A stretch of DNA of 64,000 nucleotides from Chloroflexota bacterium. GTDB taxonomy: Bacteria; Chloroflexota; Anaerolineae; DUEN01. The notes under the pieces were generated by a model, which saw nothing but the letters and a program-made list of their open reading frames with translations, was not told the DNA's origin and searched no databases. Below, one piece after another: positions 58,103 through 64,000 of the stretch. Numbering within the stretch: position 1 is the stretch's first letter; each line of letters begins with the position of its first letter. The DNA lies in contig JAADGJ010000010.1 of NCBI GenBank assembly GCA_013152435.1, positions 13,911-77,910 of the forward strand. Reading direction: 5' to 3'. The position numbers and the translations under genes were made by a program.

Positions 58103-58495
58103 ATGGGAAAACGCATTCTCGTTATCGATGACGAGCCCGATCTCGTACACCTGGTATCGATCTTCCTGGGCGCAGCGGGATTCGAGGTAATCGGTGCCGA
58201 CAACGGGCGCGAGGGAATAGAGAAGATCGAGCAGGTCTCCCCCGATCTCGTGATCTGTGATATGGTGATGCCGAACATGGACGGCATCGAAACCGTCAAG
58301 GCCATTCGGGCCAATCCGCGCACGCGCTCGCTGCCGGTCATCATGCTCTCCGCCAGAGGGCAGACGGAAGATGTCAACCGGGCCCTCACCGCCGGAGCCA
58401 ACGACTACATCATCAAGCCCTTTCGCGGGGCGGAAATCGTGGAGATGGTCAAGCGATACCTCTCCCAGGAGCAGTTAACTGAGATATGCCCTTAA
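58103..58495 (+). CDS. Single-domain response regulator (CheY-like)
   Basis: RILVIDDE, ICDMVMPNMDG, MLSA, YIIKPF. Confidence 0.92.
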   Translation: MGKRILVIDDEPDLVHLVSIFLGAAGFEVIGADNGREGIEKIEQVSPDLVICDMVMPNMDGIETVKAIRANPRTRSLPVIMLSARGQTEDVNRALTAGANDYIIKPFRGAEIVEMVKRYLSQEQLTEICP

Positions 58496-59751
58496 ATGAG
58501 GCAGTTCGCTACGGCGTAGATCCCGTTTCACCTCCAACCGACCATCATCCATTAAGTCCACCCCTCCGACAATCCAATGCACCCGGCGATCCGCCCCACC
58601 CCCCCGCTGCGATCGCGGCGCTGATCGCCAGGATGGTCGCATGCCCGCCGGACAAATCGCCTCTTGCCCACGCGCTGGAATGCCTGGCGGCGGAGATCCA
58701 AGCGCGAGGGATGGCGCTGCATCTGCTGTCCGATGATCAGACGGGCTTCGTGTTGGCCCATCATCACAACCTGAGCAAGCGGACACAGAAGGAATGGGAG
58801 CACCTGCAGGACGTGGTGAAGGAGGGGCAGATCGCCCTTCCCCCCGCCCCCGACGCAAAGGCTCAATTCTCCGTACCGATCGTACATGAGCAGCGCACGA
58901 TCGGCATTCTGACCACATGCTGGGACGATCCGAAACATCCTACGGACGCCGAACGAGCCCTGCTGCAATGGGGAGCCCTGCTTCTGCTGCTCCGCATGGA
59001 TCGCAACATGCCGCACGCCCAGCGAGCGCAATTCATGGATCCCGAGATGTTCATCGGGATGCTCCGACACGACCTGCAGAGCTTGCTCTCCACCGTCATC
59101 GGGTATGCGGAGCTGCTGTTGAGCACGTACACGGACCCGCTGTCCAAGGACCAGGAGGAGTACATACAGACCATCCTGGAGAACGCCCGGCGTGCAGCCC
59201 ATCTCATCACCATGCTGTCCGAAGCCTCACAGCTCGCCTCGGGCCAACTCGCCCTCGAGCGCGAGATCGTTCGCATCCGGGACATCTGGGAGGAGGCGAT
59301 CCAGCAGATCGAGCCCTACCTGACCGGCCGGAATCAGAAAATCCGCCTGATCGACACGGGCGACAGCCCCATGATCCAGGCGGATCCGCAAAGGCTGCCT
59401 CAGGCGTTGGGTGGTCTGCTGCGTTTCATCGCGCGCCATCTACCATCGCACAGCATCATCGTTCTGCGCATACTCCCCCACCCCGATCAGGGCATCGTAG
59501 AGACGCGCATCGAGCGCGCTCAGCCACAGAACGGGAGCAAACCAGGCTACCATGCGACCCCACCGAAACGGCGAAGCCCGCCGCTCCCCCTGGTGATCGC
59601 GTACGCGTTCATCGAGGCGCATGGTGGCCGTCTCACCTGGTTTGGACCGCAAAGCTCTGAGGAGATCGCCAGCATCGATCTCCCCATCGCATCATCGGAC
59701 ACGCTGGGGGCTGCCAGCCTCCAGTTCACCATTGCCAGCTATCCCGCCTAA
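58486..59751 (+). CDS. GAF + HisKA protein with degenerate HATPase domain
   Basis: GAF-like SVPIVHEQRTIGIL; RHDLQSLLSTVIGYAELL H-box; N, G1 and G2 boxes not conserved. Confidence 0.75.
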   Translation: MPLNEAVRYGVDPVSPPTDHHPLSPPLRQSNAPGDPPHPPAAIAALIARMVACPPDKSPLAHALECLAAEIQARGMALHLLSDDQTGFVLAHHHNLSKRTQKEWEHLQDVVKEGQIALPPAPDAKAQFSVPIVHEQRTIGILTTCWDDPKHPTDAERALLQWGALLLLLRMDRNMPHAQRAQFMDPEMFIGMLRHDLQSLLSTVIGYAELLLSTYTDPLSKDQEEYIQTILENARRAAHLITMLSEASQLASGQLALEREIVRIRDIWEEAIQQIEPYLTGRNQKIRLIDTGDSPMIQADPQRLPQALGGLLRFIARHLPSHSIIVLRILPHPDQGIVETRIERAQPQNGSKPGYHATPPKRRSPPLPLVIAYAFIEAHGGRLTWFGPQSSEEIASIDLPIASSDTLGAASLQFTIASYPA

Positions 59752-59803
59752 ACAGCGAAGGCCCCCCTTGGGGGCCCCTCCTCATCCAAATCGACCGTAT
59801 GAG

Positions 59804-59834
59804 TGAAGCCGGGGTGTTACATGCCCCGGCTTCA
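59804..59834. terminator. Hairpin between convergent genes
   Basis: TGAAGCCGGGG...CCCCGGCTTCA. Confidence 0.6.
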
Positions 59835-59876
59835 TTCGTGTGCGTCATCGTGCTGAATCACGGCGTATCCCACGGG

Positions 59877-60821
59877 CTATCCGGCCCCCTGTCGCTCATA
59901 CACGGCATACACCTCCTCCCGACTGGGCAGGCTGGCCACCGCGCCGCGCCCACGCACCTTCAGCGCGGCCGCGATCACCCCCAGACGAGCCGCCTCCACC
60001 GGCGTTTGCCCCTCGCACAGGCCGTGCAGGAACGCCCCGTTGAAGGCATCCCCCGCACCCGTCGTATCCCTGGCAGCGATCCCGGATAGCGGAGGCACCC
60101 GCTCCATGGAGCCCGTCGCTCGCTCCCCCACCCAGCATCCCTCCATCCCCCATTTCAATGCCACCAGATCGACGCCGAAGCTCCAGAAGCGTTCGATGAC
60201 CTCCTCTGGCCTCTCCAAGTCCAACAGGATGCGGCTTTCATCCGGCCCGCCCGGCATGGCGATGCTCACATACGGCAGGATCTCCTCCAGAGCCTGGCGC
60301 GCCTCCTCAAGCGACCACAGCTTCAAACGCAAATTGGGGTCGTAAGCGACCTGCACGCCGTGCGCCCGGGCGATCTGCGCCGCACGCAACGCCGTCTCCC
60401 TGGATGAGGACGAGATCGCCTGCGTGATGCCGGTCGTAAGCAGGATACGTGCGCCCGCGATATAATCCTCATCCAGGTCCGAGGGCTCCATCGTAGACGG
60501 GGCGCTCCCCTTGCGATAGTATGTGAACTCACGCTCGCCACCCGGCAGCAGGCTGATGAAATAGATCCCGTTAAAGCCGGGGACGACCTTGCAATGGCTC
60601 GTATCCACCCCCATCTCCTGCCAACTCTTGAGCAGGTACGGAGCGAAAGGATCGTCCCCCACCCGGGTGATAAACCCGGTCTTCGACCCCATGCGCTGTG
60701 CCGCCGCGATGATGTTGAACGCATCTCCGGCAAACGCTTTGGTAAAGCACTTCGCCTGCGCGATCGGTTCGTCGGCGAAGAACTCGATCATGCATTCCCC
60801 AATGGACACGATATCCAACAT
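59877..60821 (-). CDS. kdgK: PfkB-family sugar kinase (2-keto-3-deoxygluconate kinase-like)
   Basis: IGECMIE, AGDAFN, YDPNLRLKLW, DTTGAGDAF; adjacent to eda. Confidence 0.8.
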   Translation of the reverse strand: MLDIVSIGECMIEFFADEPIAQAKCFTKAFAGDAFNIIAAAQRMGSKTGFITRVGDDPFAPYLLKSWQEMGVDTSHCKVVPGFNGIYFISLLPGGEREFTYYRKGSAPSTMEPSDLDEDYIAGARILLTTGITQAISSSSRETALRAAQIARAHGVQVAYDPNLRLKLWSLEEARQALEEILPYVSIAMPGGPDESRILLDLERPEEVIERFWSFGVDLVALKWGMEGCWVGERATGSMERVPPLSGIAARDTTGAGDAFNGAFLHGLCEGQTPVEAARLGVIAAALKVRGRGAVASLPSREEVYAVYERQGAG

Positions 60822-61444
60822 GAGCCTTCCCCTGCGTCACTCGTCCGCTCCCCCAAGCGAACCAGATCCTTCGGGATCAACGCGCCGCCCAGCCCGACGG
60901 CCTTCGCCCCGGCCGCCAGATACGCCCGGAAGTTCTCGAACGTCACGCCGCCGGTGGGCACCAGGGGGAGGTCCGGCAGCGGCGCCAGAACGCTGCGCAC
61001 GTACGAAGGTCCTCCCACCGCCCCGGCGGGGAACAGCTTCACGAGATCGGCGCCGGACTGCCACGCGTGGAATAACTCCGTCGGCGTCAGCCCGGCCACC
61101 ATGCAGACCACATCACGGCGATGGCACGCCGCGATCAGATCCAGCTGGCCCACGGGTGAGACGACGAACCTGGCCCCGGCGGAGATGGCATCTTCGGCCT
61201 GCTCCGGAGTGGTCACGGAGCCGGCGCCGACGACCGTCTCAGGTAATGCACGGGTCAATCGGGCGATCGCAGCCGGGGCATCCGGCACCGTGAAGGTGAT
61301 CTCGATCAGGTCTACGCCCCCCTCGGCCAGGGCCTTCCCCACCTGCAAGGCCTCATCGGCACCGGCCGCACGCACGACGGCGATCAACCGCCGATCGAGA
61401 ATGCGCTCCACGATCGAGGAGCGATCCAATGCAGAGCCGCTCAT
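60788..61444 (-). CDS. eda: KDPG/KHG aldolase
   Basis: AVVRA, IEITF, GAGSV, TPTE, VKLFPA, VPTGGV. Confidence 0.88.
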   Translation of the reverse strand: MSGSALDRSSIVERILDRRLIAVVRAAGADEALQVGKALAEGGVDLIEITFTVPDAPAAIARLTRALPETVVGAGSVTTPEQAEDAISAGARFVVSPVGQLDLIAACHRRDVVCMVAGLTPTELFHAWQSGADLVKLFPAGAVGGPSYVRSVLAPLPDLPLVPTGGVTFENFRAYLAAGAKAVGLGGALIPKDLVRLGERTSDAGEGSCWISCPLGNA

Positions 61445-61782
61445 TCCGTCTCCTTGCCCCCCTCAACGTCCTCCCCCGTGGGGATCTCCGTCAAGACCAC
61501 CGAGTTGTAGGAGCCGAACTCGTTGGGCACATAGTCATCCGCATCGGGATCGTTCTGCCACTGGGTCCCATCGATCAGATAGCGAAACTGATAGCGCCGT
61601 CCCCGTGGGAGCTCCAAGACGATGCGCCAGGCGCCATCTCGCTCCTGGCGCAGAGGATGCGAGGTGCGATTCCACCCATTGAACTCACCGACGAGGCAGA
61701 TCCGCTCCGCCCAGAATGAGCTGGGGAGCTCAAATATCACACGAATCTTGTCCGGATCAGAGGCGGGCGCTTTGTGAATCAT
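61441..61782 (-). CDS. Stand-alone CBM48/AMPK-type glycogen-binding (isoamylase early set) protein
   Basis: LVGEFNGW, YQFRYLIDG, WQNDP, NEFGSYNSV; TTGCCT-17-TAGAAT promoter at 61826-61854 on the minus strand. Confidence 0.85.
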   Translation of the reverse strand: MIHKAPASDPDKIRVIFELPSSFWAERICLVGEFNGWNRTSHPLRQERDGAWRIVLELPRGRRYQFRYLIDGTQWQNDPDADDYVPNEFGSYNSVVLTEIPTGEDVEGGKETE

Positions 61783-61974
61783 GGATTCCTCCGGGGGAGT
61801 TACAACGGTCCGTCTCGACGGTCGAATTCTAGCATGCTTTCAGGGGGAAGGCAAAGCTCTCTACACGAAAACCAGGGCTTTTTCAAAGTCAGTGATGGAA
61901 ATCGGGGTGGTAGGAACACCCCGCGTGTCGCCCGACGCAAGACATTCCCCTAATCATCGACCGAGGGAAAACGG

Positions 61975-62020
61975 CCCTCATCCCCCAAACCCCCTTCTCC
62001 CGAGCCCGGGAGAAGGGGGC
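61975..62020. repeat. GC-rich hairpin of the CCCTCxxCCC...CCCCTTCTCCC-loop-GGGAGAAGGGG intergenic repeat type
   Basis: CCCCCTTCTCCC-GAGCCC-GGGAGAAGGGGG at 61990-62019. Confidence 0.5.
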
Positions 62021-62241
62021 TCAACGGTGGGTGGGGTACGTCTGGCCATGTCGTGTGCTGGGGGAAACCGAGAAGACGCGCGTACAGACACGACACCTTG
62101 CCTCGTCCCTGCAGGCGCCATGTATGCCAATATGAACGTTGGACTTTGAAAAGGCCCTACCCCGCCCTCGCCCGGCATTGCGGTTTCGGACAGGGAAGGT
62201 ATACTAGGGGCAACACCACGTGACTATGGACAACACCCATC

Positions 62242-63261
62242 ATGAATCCCGAAATTCACTTCACGCTGGGACCGACCTCATGGCCCCCGACCACCCTACG
62301 AGCCGTCCTGGAGGCCGGGGCGCACACCTGTCGCGTGAACCTGTCCCATATGCAGCCGGATCAGCTGGAAGCATGGTTTGCGCACGTGCGCGGCGTCGCC
62401 GCCGAGATCGGGAAGTCAATTCGCATCGGCGCCGACGTGCGAGGGCGCAAGCTGCGGATCGGCCCGCTTCCCGATGGCCGCATCACGTTGACGGTCGGGC
62501 AGACCTTCACGCTGATCCCCGTCGGGACATCGGAGGAGGCACCAGGAGGCGATGGCCACGCGTCGGTCAACTGCCCCGCGCTGGGGGAGATCGCCCGGCC
62601 GGGCGATCTGATCCTGCTGGACGATGGAGCGCTCCGTCTGCGGGTGAAGGCAGCCCAAAATGGGAGCGTCGAGTGCATCGTGGAGATCGGGGGATCGTTG
62701 CCCGAACGAAGCGGCGTGAACCTGCCGGGGAGGCGCATCACCCTGCCATCGCTGACGGCGAAGGACCGGCAGGACCTGGATGCGCTGGCGCCGCTGAGGC
62801 CGGACTGCGTCTACCTCTCCTACGTGGAGACCGCCGCCGATATCGCCCTGCTCCGCCACGAGCTGGCCCAGCGAGGGCTCCACGTCCCGATCATCGCCAA
62901 GATCGAGCGGGCCGTGGCGTTGGCGCACATTGAGGAGATCGCCGCGGCCGCCGATGCCCTATGCCTGGCCCGGGGAGATCTGGGCGTCGAGGTGCCCCTA
63001 CCGCAGATCCCCCGGGTGCAACGCCAGGTTGCACAAGCCGCACGAGAGGCCCAAACGCCTGTCCTGCTGGCCGGAGAGGTGCTGTACTCCATGATCGATC
63101 GCCATATCCCCTATCGGGCGGAGGTCACCGACGTGGCTGTGGCGCTGGAGCAGGGCTATGCGGGGTTCATCCTTTCCGACGAGACGGCGATGGGATGTGA
63201 TCCGCCGGGGGCCGTCCGGTGGATCCAGCGCATCGCTTCAGCGGCGATATCCGACACATAA
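62242..63261 (+). CDS. pyk: Pyruvate kinase-like protein, short form lacking the C-terminal domain
   Basis: TLGP, RVNLSH, LDDG, GVNLP, AKIE, ARGDLGVE, RAEVTDV, LSDETA; TTGCGG-16-TATACT promoter at 62178-62205. Confidence 0.8.
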   Translation: MNPEIHFTLGPTSWPPTTLRAVLEAGAHTCRVNLSHMQPDQLEAWFAHVRGVAAEIGKSIRIGADVRGRKLRIGPLPDGRITLTVGQTFTLIPVGTSEEAPGGDGHASVNCPALGEIARPGDLILLDDGALRLRVKAAQNGSVECIVEIGGSLPERSGVNLPGRRITLPSLTAKDRQDLDALAPLRPDCVYLSYVETAADIALLRHELAQRGLHVPIIAKIERAVALAHIEEIAAAADALCLARGDLGVEVPLPQIPRVQRQVAQAAREAQTPVLLAGEVLYSMIDRHIPYRAEVTDVAVALEQGYAGFILSDETAMGCDPPGAVRWIQRIASAAISDT

Positions 63262-63290
63262 GCGCGACCCAGCCGGTCGTCTCATGAGTA

Positions 63291-63345
63291 GCTGAAAATA
63301 GAGTTCTTCGGAGGGGTTACCGCCCCTCCGAGCCACCCCAGAGAT
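63291..63345 (-). repeat. Dispersed intergenic hairpin repeat, copy 2
   Basis: Reverse complement is 51/55 identical to 9906-9960. Confidence 0.85.
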
Positions 63346-63525
63346 GCGGAGCTACGCTTCCGTATCGCTTAACTTGATATCAATGGGGCGATTCATGAAT
63401 CGTCCCACCCGTGAGGAAGGCTATCCAAGACGCAGGGGGCGTGGCTTCTCAAAATTCCCACAGGCGCCCACTGGCGAAAGGGATAAACGCGACGGGAAGC
63501 TGAGCATCCCAAGGAGGCAGCCGAG

Positions 63526-64000
63526 ATGAAGCCATTCCGTGAACGTGTCGCCATCGCCATCGATGGAGGGGGCATCCGGGGCGTCGTCGTCGCCCGGGCG
63601 TTGGCCATCCTGGAGGATCACCTGGGGCGGTCCGCTCATGAGATCTTCCGGCTGACGGCGGGCACGTCAACCGGCTCCGTCATCGCGGCGGGCATCGCCG
63701 CCGGCCTGACCGGCGCCCAGATGCATCGGCTATACACGGAGCTGGGGCACACCATCTTCCGCCGGACGTGGCGCAGCTGGCTGTGGCCGCTCACCCGCTA
63801 TCGCTATCCATTCGATCCGCTGAAAAAGGCCATCCGGGAGCAGATCGGCGACCTGAAGATGGGGGACTTCTGGTCGGCGGATCCCCCCACCGATGTGGTC
63901 ATCACCGCCTTCGACCTGGTCACCAACCACACACGTTTCATCAAGCCGTGGAAGCCGGAATATGCGAACTGGCCGGTGGTCAAGGCGGTGCTGGCGTCCT
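63526..64000 (+). CDS. Patatin-like phospholipase, runs off the window edge
   Basis: Read by hand: MKPFRERVAIAIDGGGIRG...AGTSTGS; AAGGAGG RBS. Confidence 0.9.
   Translation, partial: MKPFRERVAIAIDGGGIRGVVVARALAILEDHLGRSAHEIFRLTAGTSTGSVIAAGIAAGLTGAQMHRLYTELGHTIFRRTWRSWLWPLTRYRYPFDPLKKAIREQIGDLKMGDFWSADPPTDVVITAFDLVTNHTRFIKPWKPEYANWPVVKAVLAS

Overview
High-GC bacterial chromosome segment. Gene content and the C-terminal xYLPxxxR-type motifs on secreted proteins suggest Chloroflexota (Anaerolineae-like); this is an inference. Left part: a LiaSR-like two-component pair, a GH20 hexosaminidase, an ECF transporter (S, A-A', T) and a divergent AIR-synthase-family gene. Middle (10.1-38.4 kb): a ~25 kb minus-strand gene run encoding seven large modular secreted proteins, a lipoprotein and two paralogous membrane proteins. 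It starts with a 70-aa orphan and lies divergent from a SARP/BTAD-STAND-TPR regulator, with an 11-bp-period direct repeat between them. At 38841-38868 is a near-symmetric 11-6-11 dif-like site. It overlaps the predicted transcription start of a lone Xer-like tyrosine recombinase, is flanked by converging GGGTAGGG (KOPS-like) octamers and lies near an apparent GC-skew switch. This is probably the replication terminus with a single-recombinase dimer-resolution system. Right part: tpl, GH38, hflX (apparent ATC start), a small toxin-antitoxin pair, a dapL-like aminotransferase, M28, der, cdaR-cdaA, argF, an HTH/receiver/pseudokinase operon, kdgK-eda, a short divergent pyruvate kinase and a partial patatin. 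No rRNA, tRNA, CRISPR array or transposase was seen.
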